64,000 bases of DNA, taken from assembly GCA_964386915.1 (NCBI GenBank), contig CAYLUQ010000005.1, positions 25,572 to 89,571 of the forward strand, in the 5' to 3' direction. The notes under the pieces are model-generated. The model had not been told where the DNA came from. It saw only the letters and a program-made list of their open reading frames with translations, and ran no database searches. The stretch comes from an uncultured Flavobacteriaceae bacterium. GTDB lineage: Bacteria > Bacteroidota > Bacteroidia > Flavobacteriales > Flavobacteriaceae. Below are positions 12,488 through 21,521 of the stretch, piece by piece; within the stretch, counting starts at the first letter, position 1, and each line of letters begins with the position of its first letter. The position numbers and the translations under genes are program-made.

Positions 12488-15400
12488 CTAAGGAAGCATT
12501 GTTTTTCGTTAATTCATTTTGCACCTTCTCGAGCAAAGTTTTGGCATGCGCAATAATTTCTTCTTGCTCTGGGTAGGTTTCAATTAGTGTTTCTAAAATA
12601 TAATTGGCTTGAAAAGAATCTTCGAGTAAATAAAAATTTTCAGCCAAAAGCAAGAGCGCCTTTGCATTCCAAACGCCCCCTTTTTGGGTTGAAGCAATTT
12701 TTATGATCGTTTCATTTGACTTTTCCAGTGTTCCTTGTTCATGTTCTTTAAGTGCCCTAAAATAGAGTGCCTCAGCAGCAATGAGCCCTTCTGGGTGGGT
12801 TTCCAACTGAGCATAGGAAGCACTGCTGGTAGGGGTGTCACCTAGCATTTTAGCTGAGCGTGCTTCAATGGTCAAAGCATCCCATCGCAAACGTTGGTCT
12901 AAGTCTTTTTTGCCTAATATTTCTTGAGCCATTTGTTTGGCCTTTTCATAGGCTTCTTGCGCATAATAAACCTGCATCAAATTAAGCTGTGCAAATTGCT
13001 TGTTTTCTTCAAAAGTGGCGAGTGCTAATAGTTTTTCTAATAGGGCAACATTAGAGGAAAGCGTTTCCATTTGTTGGGCAATGCTAATGAGTCTCACCAA
13101 AGCTTTTTCATGATATTCGTTGGGTGCATTTGCCACCAATTGTTCATAGGGTGCTATGGCTTGGGCGTAATTTTCCTCTTCATAAAAAATTTCAGCCCAA
13201 TAGAATTGTGCCGCCAATTGGTTGGCACCGCTAGGGTAACGTGTCAAATATTCTTCTAAAAGTTTGGCGGCCTGTTTTTTGTCGTTTTCTATAAAACGTT
13301 TTTCGGCAGCTGCAAAAGCGGTTCGTTCTAGCTCAGCATCTGAAAGGTTGTTGATTTTATTTTCGCGCAACCAAAGCGTAAAGGCATTCACCTCCCCCAA
13401 ATCTATAGCAATTTCTTTTAGCGTATTAACAGCTTGAAGGGCTACCACATCTTTAGGATATGATTTAACCAAACGCTTTAGAACCTCTTTAGCTGGGTTG
13501 TTTTGCGCTTGGTTGTAGAGAATTAAACCTTGATTTAAAATGGCTTTGGGCACATAAAGACTTTTCGGAAATTGCCGCTCAAGGGTTTTATAAGCTTCAA
13601 TGGCGGCCGTATAGTTTGCTGCAGCTGTATGTGCAACGCCAAGCTGAAACCATGCATCATCGGTTAGACCTGAAGAGGGAAATTGAGAAACTAACTCTTT
13701 TAAACTTTCAATTTTTTGATCATTGCGATCCACAAAACCATAGCTAATAGCTTTTTGATAGGAGGCATAAGCGGCTTCTTGTGGCTTTAATGCTAGCGCT
13801 TTGTTGTAATGCTCCATTGCTGGCCAATATTTTTTTAAGGCAAATTGACAGTCGCCCATTCGCAGTTGAACATCATAGCGATAAGAGCTAATTTGAGGAG
13901 TAGCTAAAGCGAGAAAGGATTCAAAAAAACGAAGTGAATAGGCATATTCTCCTAGTTTAAAATAGGTGTAGGCCATGTCATAGTCAATCCTAAAACCGGC
14001 AGCAATGGCTTTTGAAGCTTGGTCTTTTTTAAAATTTTTATAGGTATCTAAAGCATCGTCAAAGCGATTGAGTTCATATAGAGTTCGTCCCAACCAGTAG
14101 CGAGCGGCAGCAGTAAATTGGGGGCGTTCATCAACTTTAACAGCTTGTTCAAAAAAGGCAATCGCTCCTTTGTAGTTACCACTTTGATAGGTTTTTATAG
14201 CTTTTAAATAGGATATTTTTTGAAGTGCAGCCGGATTTTTATAGGTTTTGTTGTTCATCAAAATATCTAAAGCGGCGTCATAATTTCCACTGCTAGTGAA
14301 AGAATCAATTAACAATTCGGCCAAAATTTGCTTTTCTTCACTCTCCGGATAGCGTTCTAAAAAGGCTATGATTACGGCGGAAGTATCTTCATAAGGATTA
14401 CCAATCTCATAACTCAATTTTGCATATTGCAGCAATGCATCTTCTTTAATGGTATTGTCATATTCCATAGCAGCAGCGCTTCTAAAAGCGTTTAAAGCGG
14501 CTGCTTTTTGATCTGTTTTGAGATAAGCATCACCTAAATAATAATAAGCGCTTTGTGCCAAGGCAGATTGTTTGGCTATTATTTTATTGAATTGCCCAAT
14601 GGCTTCTTCATAGTCTTTGGTTTTATAGTAGGCAAAGCCCAATTGATAAAAATCAATATTTTTCCACTTCCCTTTTTTGCCTTCATATTGGGAAAGATAA
14701 GGCAGAGCCGCGGCATATTGTTCAAGATTGAAATAGCTCTCCCCCACAATTTTGGATACTTCAGAATTGAGTTCAGCTGACAAACCCTTGTTGCCTAATT
14801 CTTTTCCAAGAGCAATAGCCTCTTCAAAACGACCTAACCTAAAGTTCATGTCTACCTGAAAATATGCCAAATCTTCTTTTTGTTTCTCTTCAGAAACACG
14901 GTCAAATTGTTCAATGGCCTGGGTATAGTCTTCTAACTGATAGGCAATATGTCCCAAATAATAATAAGCGTTAGATTCATATTCGGGAATAGATTTTACC
15001 TTTTCAAATAATGGCTGGGCGGCTTTATAGCGTTTGGCCGAAAACAAGGTGTAGCCTTTATTAAAATAGAATTGGTTTCGATTCATTAAAGGAACCTGAT
15101 TGTCATTTACTTTAACAAACCATTTTAAGGCATATCGATATTTACCCTGATCAAAATAATAATTTGCAATTTCATAGGGGATACTTTGAATGGCATCGGT
15201 AGTAGGATATTCCATCAAAAATTTACCCAATAATTTTTCTGAACCAACATCATTCACACGAAGTGTATTCAACACTATATTAAAATCTATGGTCTCTAAA
15301 AATTCTGGTGGAAATATGGAATTACGCTGAAAAAGAAAGCTCTGTAAAGCTGTGGGATAATAAGAAGCGGTTTGCAGATCTAAACTACGGTTTAAAGTGA

Positions 15401-15491
15401 ATGGATCGTTATAAAGTTGAGCATCAACCCGTAAAAAGACGAAGGAGCTAACTATAAAAAGGAGTGCACTACGTTTTTTAATCCCGATCAT
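12474..15491 (-). CDS. large tetratricopeptide-repeat protein (secreted)
   Basis: 1005 aa with signal peptide ..FVFLRVDAQ. Many 34-residue A/Y/L repeats (for example AYYYLGDAYLK, AAARYWLGRTLYE). Confidence 0.85.
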   Translation of the reverse strand: MIGIKKRSALLFIVSSFVFLRVDAQLYNDPFTLNRSLDLQTASYYPTALQSFLFQRNSIFPPEFLETIDFNIVLNTLRVNDVGSEKLLGKFLMEYPTTDAIQSIPYEIANYYFDQGKYRYALKWFVKVNDNQVPLMNRNQFYFNKGYTLFSAKRYKAAQPLFEKVKSIPEYESNAYYYLGHIAYQLEDYTQAIEQFDRVSEEKQKEDLAYFQVDMNFRLGRFEEAIALGKELGNKGLSAELNSEVSKIVGESYFNLEQYAAALPYLSQYEGKKGKWKNIDFYQLGFAYYKTKDYEEAIGQFNKIIAKQSALAQSAYYYLGDAYLKTDQKAAALNAFRSAAAMEYDNTIKEDALLQYAKLSYEIGNPYEDTSAVIIAFLERYPESEEKQILAELLIDSFTSSGNYDAALDILMNNKTYKNPAALQKISYLKAIKTYQSGNYKGAIAFFEQAVKVDERPQFTAAARYWLGRTLYELNRFDDALDTYKNFKKDQASKAIAAGFRIDYDMAYTYFKLGEYAYSLRFFESFLALATPQISSYRYDVQLRMGDCQFALKKYWPAMEHYNKALALKPQEAAYASYQKAISYGFVDRNDQKIESLKELVSQFPSSGLTDDAWFQLGVAHTAAANYTAAIEAYKTLERQFPKSLYVPKAILNQGLILYNQAQNNPAKEVLKRLVKSYPKDVVALQAVNTLKEIAIDLGEVNAFTLWLRENKINNLSDAELERTAFAAAEKRFIENDKKQAAKLLEEYLTRYPSGANQLAAQFYWAEIFYEEENYAQAIAPYEQLVANAPNEYHEKALVRLISIAQQMETLSSNVALLEKLLALATFEENKQFAQLNLMQVYYAQEAYEKAKQMAQEILGKKDLDQRLRWDALTIEARSAKMLGDTPTSSASYAQLETHPEGLIAAEALYFRALKEHEQGTLEKSNETIIKIASTQKGGVWNAKALLLLAENFYLLEDSFQANYILETLIETYPEQEEIIAHAKTLLEKVQNELTKNNASLDVEE

Positions 15492-15497
15492 AACACC

Positions 15498-15524
15498 TAG
15501 TAAAAGTAGAAGAATCTTTTACTA
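15498..15524. repeat. inverted repeat TAGTAAAAG-N9-CTTTTACTA
   Basis: Perfect 9-bp arms, 7 nt upstream of the TPR gene ATG (15491). Confidence 0.6.
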
Positions 15525-15620
15525 ATAGGAACGAATAGAAAGGGGGAAAAGTATAATTTATCAACAAAATATCATCAAATCTCTAGAAACTTTTACATTT
15601 ACCCTTAAATCTGTTTCGCC

Positions 15621-16301
15621 TTGTCTAAATCATTAGTTTCCTTTGTAAATGCCACTATAAAAAACAGAGACAACACTGTTTTTGAAACGGTCAACCTAGA
15701 AGTGCTTCCGGGTGATTTTGTGTTTTTGATAGGCAAAACAGGATCCGGAAAAAGCAGTCTCATCAAGGTGCTCTATGGCGATTTAGAACTTGCAGCCGGT
15801 CAAGGACAATTGCTGGGCTTTGATCTCACCCTTTTAAAAGAAAATCAAATTCCCTTGCTACGCAGAAAACTTGGTGTGGTCTTTCAAGATTTTAAACTTC
15901 TACCCGATCGGTCTATTTTTGATAACCTTGCTTTTGTGTTAAAAGCAACGGGATGGAGCGAAAAAAGCAAAATTAAAGCACGTGTTGAAGAGGTGCTTCA
16001 AATGGTTAATGTTCAAGAGCCCACTGCCAAATATCCCTTTGAACTCTCTGGAGGAGAACAGCAACGAGTAGCTATAGCCAGAGCCCTTTTAAATGACCCT
16101 GAAATTATTTTAGCAGACGAACCCACAGGCAACTTAGATCCCGAAACCAGTCAAGAAATCATGCAGCTGTTCAAGCAATTGCACCAAAAAGGAATGACAA
16201 TCATTATGGCCACCCATGACTATAACATGATTCTTAAATTTCCGGGTAAAATTCTTAAATGTGAAAACGGTGCCCTCTTTGAGGTAGTCGCTAAAACCTA
16301 A
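15621..16301 (+). CDS. ftsE: FtsE-like cell-division ABC ATP-binding protein
   Basis: Walker [10 protein letters not shown], signature [15 protein letters not shown], Walker [13 protein letters not shown]-loop ATHD. TTG is the only canonical start downstream of the in-frame stop at 15606. Confidence 0.85.
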   Translation: MSKSLVSFVNATIKNRDNTVFETVNLEVLPGDFVFLIGKTGSGKSSLIKVLYGDLELAAGQGQLLGFDLTLLKENQIPLLRRKLGVVFQDFKLLPDRSIFDNLAFVLKATGWSEKSKIKARVEEVLQMVNVQEPTAKYPFELSGGEQQRVAIARALLNDPEIILADEPTGNLDPETSQEIMQLFKQLHQKGMTIIMATHDYNMILKFPGKILKCENGALFEVVAKT

Positions 16302-18097
16302 TTTGCTCTTCGTTTTCTTTCATTTTCATCCAAATATATTTTTCTAAGTCGAATGGACTTGGGGGTCACTTCCACCAACTCGTCTTTTTGAATATATTCT
16401 AAAGCCTCTTCTAAGGTGAATTTAATGGGTGGTGCCAATTTCACTTTATCATCAGAGCCGGCAGCTCTCACGTTTGACAATTTTTTGGTTTTGGTCACAT
16501 TAACTACCAAATCATCTTGTCTGCTGTTTTCACCAATAACCTGACCGCGATAGATGGGTTCGTTAGGGGCGATAAAAAACTTGCCCCGCTCTTGGAGTTT
16601 GTCTAAGGAATAGGGAATGGCTTGCCCATCTTCTAGAGCAATGAGAGAGCCGTTAATTCTGCCTGGAATCGTGCCTTTATAGGGCGTAAATTCTTTAAAA
16701 CGATGGTTCATAATCGCTTCTCCTGCTGTGGCGGTGAGCAACATATTGCGCAAACCTATCAATCCTCTAGAAGGAATCAAAAACGAACAGGTCATTCGAT
16801 CTCCTTTAGGATCCATAGATACCATTTCGCCTTTGCGTTGGGTGACCATTTCGATAGCCCTGCCCGACACCGTTTCGGGAAGATCAATTGTCAATTCTTC
16901 TAAGGGCTCCATTTTCTGCCCGTCAATTTCTTTGATAATAACTTGGGGTTGTCCTATTTGCAATTCATAGCCTTCACGTCGCATGGTTTCAATTAAAACT
17001 GAAAGGTGAAGCACGCCCCGTCCAAAAACTAAAAATCGATCGGCGCTATCAGTTGCTTCAAGGCGTAGGGCTAAATTGCGTTCCAACTCATTTTCAAGAC
17101 GCTCTTTGATGTGTCTTGAGGTTACAAATTTTCCCTCTTTACCAAAAAACGGAGAATCGTTAATGGTAAATAACATACTCATGGTGGGTTCGTCTATCTT
17201 GATAGAAGGCAAGGCTTCGGGTGCTTCAGCATCGGCAATTGTGTCCCCAATTTCGAAACCTTCTAGTCCCACCACAGCACAAATATCTCCTGCTTGCACA
17301 GCAGTAACCTTTTTTCTACCCAAACCTTCAAAAACAAACAACTCTTTAATTTTAGAGGTAATTTGTTCACCAGAGGCTTTGATCATGGTTACTTTTTGGG
17401 TAGCCTCTAGGGTGCCACGTTGCAGACGCCCAATGGCAATTCTACCCGTAAAAGAAGAATAGTCTAAAGAGGTGATGAGCATTTGGGTGTTGCCTGTTGC
17501 AACTTTTGGTGCTGGAATTGTTTCTACCACACAGTCCAATAGAGGTCCTATGGAGCTCGTGGGTTGTTCCCACTGCGTTGCACTCATCCAATTGTTTTTA
17601 GCGGAACCGTATAGGGTAGGAAAATCGAGTTGCCATTCTTCAGCACCTAAATCAAACATCAAATCAAAAACAGCTTCATGCACTGCTTCTGGTGTACAAT
17701 TTTCCTTATCTACCTTATTGATAACCAAAATGGGCTTTAACTTTAAATCCAATGCCTTTTGGAGCACAAAGCGAGTTTGAGGCATTGGTCCTTCAAAGGC
17801 ATCTACCAATAATAAAACGCCATCAGCCATATTCAATACACGCTCAACTTCTCCTCCAAAATCGGCGTGACCAGGGGTGTCAATTAAGTTTATTTTTATA
17901 TCCTTATAGGTAACCGCCACATTTTTAGACAAAATTGTAATGCCTCTTTCGCGTTCCAAATCGTTGTTGTCTAATATCAAATCTTGTGTTTTTTCATGCG
18001 ACTGAAAGAGTTCACAATGATGCAAGATTTTATCAACCAGAGTGGTTTTTCCATGGTCTACGTGGGCAATGATGGCAATGTTTCGAATGGCTTCCAT
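16298..18097 (-). CDS. typA: translational GTPase TypA/BipA
   Basis: AIIAHVDHGKTTLVD, DTPGHADFGGEVER, NKVD, about 600 aa. ATG at 18097 is preferred because a -7 box lies inside the longer ORF-track extension. Confidence 0.95.
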   Translation of the reverse strand: MEAIRNIAIIAHVDHGKTTLVDKILHHCELFQSHEKTQDLILDNNDLERERGITILSKNVAVTYKDIKINLIDTPGHADFGGEVERVLNMADGVLLLVDAFEGPMPQTRFVLQKALDLKLKPILVINKVDKENCTPEAVHEAVFDLMFDLGAEEWQLDFPTLYGSAKNNWMSATQWEQPTSSIGPLLDCVVETIPAPKVATGNTQMLITSLDYSSFTGRIAIGRLQRGTLEATQKVTMIKASGEQITSKIKELFVFEGLGRKKVTAVQAGDICAVVGLEGFEIGDTIADAEAPEALPSIKIDEPTMSMLFTINDSPFFGKEGKFVTSRHIKERLENELERNLALRLEATDSADRFLVFGRGVLHLSVLIETMRREGYELQIGQPQVIIKEIDGQKMEPLEELTIDLPETVSGRAIEMVTQRKGEMVSMDPKGDRMTCSFLIPSRGLIGLRNMLLTATAGEAIMNHRFKEFTPYKGTIPGRINGSLIALEDGQAIPYSLDKLQERGKFFIAPNEPIYRGQVIGENSRQDDLVVNVTKTKKLSNVRAAGSDDKVKLAPPIKFTLEEALEYIQKDELVEVTPKSIRLRKIYLDENERKRRAN

Positions 18098-18114
18098 AGC
18101 AATTTTTGAATGCG

Positions 18115-18122
18115 CAAAGATA
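18115..18122 (-). promoter_or_regulatory. candidate -7 box TATCTTTG upstream of typA
   Basis: Exact TAnnTTTG match on the minus strand, 17 nt upstream of ATG 18097. Confidence 0.4.
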
Positions 18123-18227
18123 TTATTATTTACCACAGTTGTATCAATTAACCAAAGGGAAATAAAACCTCTTGTCTCCGTGCTTGTTTTTTAGGGAATT
18201 GCTGGTATTAAATTGTATTTTTGCCCC

Positions 18228-19049
18228 ATGCTAGTAGCCATTGACAAACTAAAACATATTGCTTCTAAACAATTTCTTCTCATTGCAGGCCCTTGCGCCA
18301 TAGAGGGAGAAGCCATGGCCCTTGAGATTGCTAGTCATTTGGTTGCTCTATCGGAGCGCTATAAAATTCCATTGGTGTTTAAGGGAAGCTACAGAAAAGC
18401 CAACCGGAGTCGTTTAGATAGTTTTACTGGAATTGGTGATAAAAAGGCCCTCGCTATTTTGCAAAAAGTGGGAGAGCGCTTTACTATTCCTACCCTTACC
18501 GACATTCACCATCCGGAAGAAGCTGCCCTTGCCGCCTCCTATGTTGATGTATTACAAATTCCTGCCTTTTTGGTTCGTCAAACAGATTTGTTGGTAGCAG
18601 CTGCTAAAACAGGAAAAGTGGTGAATTTAAAAAAAGGGCAATTTATGAGTCCCGAAAGCATGGCGTTTGCTGCTCAAAAACTTATAGACAGTGGCAATGC
18701 AAATTTTTTATTGACCGACCGGGGCACACAATTTGGCTATACTGATTTGGTGGTCGATTTTAGAGGAATTAGCAGTTTGCAAAAAATAGGTCCTACCCTA
18801 TTAGACGTTACACACTCTTTGCAACAACCCAATCAGGCCTCTGGCGTGACTGGAGGAAGACCTGAAAAAATAGAAACCCTTGCTCGTGCAGCAATTGCCA
18901 CCGGGGCAGATGGCATTTTTATAGAAACACATCCCAATCCAAAAAAGGCTAAAAGCGATGGCGCTAATATGCTCGCTTTAGACAAGGTGGAGCCCTTGCT
19001 ACAAAAGTTAGTGGCCTTGAGAAACACGATTCTTTCCTTTAGCTCTTAG
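18228..19049 (+). CDS. kdsA: 3-deoxy-8-phosphooctulonate synthase (KDO8P synthase)
   Basis: LIAGPCAIEGE, FKGSYRKANRS, DVTHSLQQP. ATG at 18228 is preferred over the TTG at 18213. Confidence 0.93.
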   Translation: MLVAIDKLKHIASKQFLLIAGPCAIEGEAMALEIASHLVALSERYKIPLVFKGSYRKANRSRLDSFTGIGDKKALAILQKVGERFTIPTLTDIHHPEEAALAASYVDVLQIPAFLVRQTDLLVAAAKTGKVVNLKKGQFMSPESMAFAAQKLIDSGNANFLLTDRGTQFGYTDLVVDFRGISSLQKIGPTLLDVTHSLQQPNQASGVTGGRPEKIETLARAAIATGADGIFIETHPNPKKAKSDGANMLALDKVEPLLQKLVALRNTILSFSS

Positions 19050-19064
19050 TTGGTATAATATTTG

Positions 19065-19072
19065 TAGTTTTG
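19065..19072 (+). promoter_or_regulatory. candidate -7 box TAGTTTTG upstream of ssrA
   Basis: Exact TAnnTTTG match, 28 nt upstream of the mature tmRNA 5' end. No convincing -33 element seen. Confidence 0.3.
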
Positions 19073-19100
19073 CGCTTTGAACAACGTTCATTGATTTATT

Positions 19101-19497
19101 GGGGTCGACTGGTATTGACAGCAGGAAGATTACCAGTGTAAGCAAGTCGAGCGCTGAATGAAAGCTCGTAAATCTCATGATTCAACTTTTTAAATGGCGA
19201 GAATAACTACGCTCTAGCTGCATAATTAACTGAATTATAGTAAGTTTTTGCCAAGTCCCGGCTAGGCCGGGAAGCTGGATGTCTCTGGATAGCCCTTGTT
19301 GACGGCGATTCATATAGAGGCACCATAAAAGTCAACATCGAAATGCTTGAGTGTTGCAGGCGTTTTTCAATCTTAAACACTAAGAATGTTGTGGGCAGTT
19401 TTCGGTCAGCAACGTTTCGAAAATCAAACGAAAACTAAACTTGTAGAAAGCACTTGTGACACTTGTTTGGACGCGGGTTCGAATCCCGCCGACTCCA
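19101..19497 (+). ncRNA. ssrA: transfer-messenger RNA (tmRNA)
   Basis: 5' GGGGTCG pairs with 3' CGACTCC (one G-U pair). T-arm GGACGCGGGTTCGAATCCCGCC. Tag reading frame 19196-19225 is GGC GAG AAT AAC TAC GCT CTA GCT GCA TAA, giving GENNYALAA*. Confidence 0.95.
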
Positions 19498-19613
19498 CTA
19501 TTCTATACTATCAACTAGCCCTATTAGCAACATACCTTTAAACCTACACTGATTTTGTTTTCGGTTAAGAGTAGGCGTATTATGTAATCAGCACCTAAAC
19601 CTAATAGTTTTTT

Positions 19614-19943
19614 ATGCGTTATTTAATGATTTGTTTGTGGGTCCTTGCTTGTTCTACACAGGAGGAAAAAGACACCCCAACGCCCGTAACTTTTGAAGGG
19701 GTTGATTTTATTACACTCACCAATGAAAACACCAATGGCGGAAGTCAAATCGCCTATCACTTGTCCGGCATCAGTCCCGAGAGCCTTATTTTTTGTTTTT
19801 GCCAAGACAGTTGTTCTAGAGAATTTGTAGTAGTAGCTGCCTTAGAATTTAATGCAGATACAGCCAACTTCAGATATAAAATTAGTCTCAAAGACAACTT
19901 TCAAACGGCCTCCACTACAGATTGGTGTACACGATACAATTAG
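19614..19943 (+). CDS. hypothetical small Cys-rich lipoprotein
   Basis: 109 aa with lipobox WVLAC. No family recognised. Confidence 0.5.
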   Translation: MRYLMICLWVLACSTQEEKDTPTPVTFEGVDFITLTNENTNGGSQIAYHLSGISPESLIFCFCQDSCSREFVVVAALEFNADTANFRYKISLKDNFQTASTTDWCTRYN

Positions 19944-20000
19944 TCCCTACTCCCCCTCAAATTCTTAGGGTTCAACTTAAGGGGAAATAAGGATTTATTG

Positions 20001-21353
20001 CTAGAGGGTTAAAAACTTGCTTTCCCAAGATTTCTCATAGGGCTTAGACCAAAGTTTCATGGCTTCATTATTAAACATGGTTCCTTTAACAGGATCTATT
20101 TCAAAGTTTTGGTTAATTCGAGAGGAAACGTTTGCATAGTGCACCATAGCCATTGAAACATTAGCATCAGCAATAGGTGCATTGAGTTTTGCCTTGCCTC
20201 TAATGGCATCAAAGAAATTCATAACGTGAATAGTAGACATATCTCCTCCCCCTCCTAGGGCAAGTCCTCCTTCGTTACCGCCACTACTGACTTCTTCTAC
20301 TAGCTTTCCTCTTCTATTAAAAAGTTTGTAGTGTCCTCGATCCACAAAAACAGAACCTTCTGTGCCATAAATAATAACACCACGTCCTCCTCCATATGTA
20401 TTGTAGCCATTTCTACTTTTTCCGTCCCATTCAATTTCTTTGTCGCCGTCAAACGTAAATTTAGCCAACATGGTGTCATACATTTCCCATCCATCTTCAA
20501 CGAAGTGCTTTTTAGCCGCTTCTACTTCAACTCTATTGGGAAAATTGACCCCTAGTGCCCAACGGGCAACATCTAGTTCATGAGTGGCATTATTACCCAT
20601 TTCGGCAGTGCCATAGTTCCATCCATACCAATGCCAATTGTAGTCCCATGTTTCAGACGTATAATCACGATGCACAGCAGGGCCTTGCCAAAGCTCCCAA
20701 TCGAGACCTTCGGGAATAGAGGCCTTTTGCTGATGTGGCACTTCACCTCTTCCGTTGCTATAAAAGGCTACCGCTTTAAAGGCGTGTCCAATTGCACCTT
20801 CATGAATTTTTTTGACAACTTGTTGCGAATGTGAGGATGATCGTTGCTGGTTGCCCATTTGTACCACTTTATTGTATTTTTGAGTGGCTTCTACCAAGAG
20901 TTCATTTTCTTTCATGGTACAGCTACTGGGTTTTTCAACATAAACGTGTTTACCTGCTTTCATGGCCATAATGGCACCCGGTGTGTGCCAGTGATCTGGC
21001 ATTGCATTAATGAGAAGATCTACTTTATCGTCTTCTAGAACCTTAAAAATATTTTGTTCTAGTGTGGGTTTGTAGTTAATTTTTTTACTAAATCGTTCTG
21101 CCGCTCGTGTCATTTGACTTTCTTTGGCGTCGCAGAGATAGGCCAAGCGCACGTTGCTATCTTGATGCGCAATAGGCGATAAATAAGCACCCAACCTTCT
21201 TCCCAATCCGGCAATTGCCACCTGCAGGCGATCATTGGCTCCGATTATATTGCGGTAACTCTGAGCACTCATGCTCATGGAAGTGGCACTGGCCAAGCCC
21301 AATCCACCAAGTGCAGATTTTTTGATAAAGGCTCTTCTATTTTGATTTTTCAT
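20001..21353 (-). CDS. Gfo/Idh/MocA family oxidoreductase, Tat-exported
   Basis: Twin-arginine leader NRRAFIKKSALGG. Rossmann VAIAGLGRRLG and the VYVEKP motif. Confidence 0.88.
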   Translation of the reverse strand: MKNQNRRAFIKKSALGGLGLASATSMSMSAQSYRNIIGANDRLQVAIAGLGRRLGAYLSPIAHQDSNVRLAYLCDAKESQMTRAAERFSKKINYKPTLEQNIFKVLEDDKVDLLINAMPDHWHTPGAIMAMKAGKHVYVEKPSSCTMKENELLVEATQKYNKVVQMGNQQRSSSHSQQVVKKIHEGAIGHAFKAVAFYSNGRGEVPHQQKASIPEGLDWELWQGPAVHRDYTSETWDYNWHWYGWNYGTAEMGNNATHELDVARWALGVNFPNRVEVEAAKKHFVEDGWEMYDTMLAKFTFDGDKEIEWDGKSRNGYNTYGGGRGVIIYGTEGSVFVDRGHYKLFNRRGKLVEEVSSGGNEGGLALGGGGDMSTIHVMNFFDAIRGKAKLNAPIADANVSMAMVHYANVSSRINQNFEIDPVKGTMFNNEAMKLWSKPYEKSWESKFLTL

Positions 21354-21521
21354 GTGTATATATGTTTTAAAGATTTATCTAGAATAACATCTAAGATATT
21401 ATTTTTTCTAGGAAGCCCAAAATTGGATTGCAATTCAGAATCTTTTTTTTTGTTTGTGATTAAAACCAAACTACAGATCAAAATACTTTATTAAAATCCA
21501 TTACTTTTAGGGAGGTTTGAT

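Noticed and set aside
17076-17780. 128-aa and 102-aa ORFs antisense to typA.
   Set aside because: These are shadow ORFs within a highly conserved GTPase gene, with no motifs and no independent start context.
19498-21353. Genomic island integrated at the ssrA 3' end.
   Set aside because: I saw no integrase, excisionase, transposase or direct repeat of the tmRNA 3' end anywhere in the window. Base composition looks uniform by eye, so I kept only a low-interest note.
21443-21451. T9 homopolymer in a divergent promoter (also A9 at 48478-48486 and T8 at 62931-62938) as possible phase-variation tracts.
   Set aside because: The tracts are short, intergenic and in generally AT-rich spacers, and none lies inside a coding region where slippage would switch a gene.
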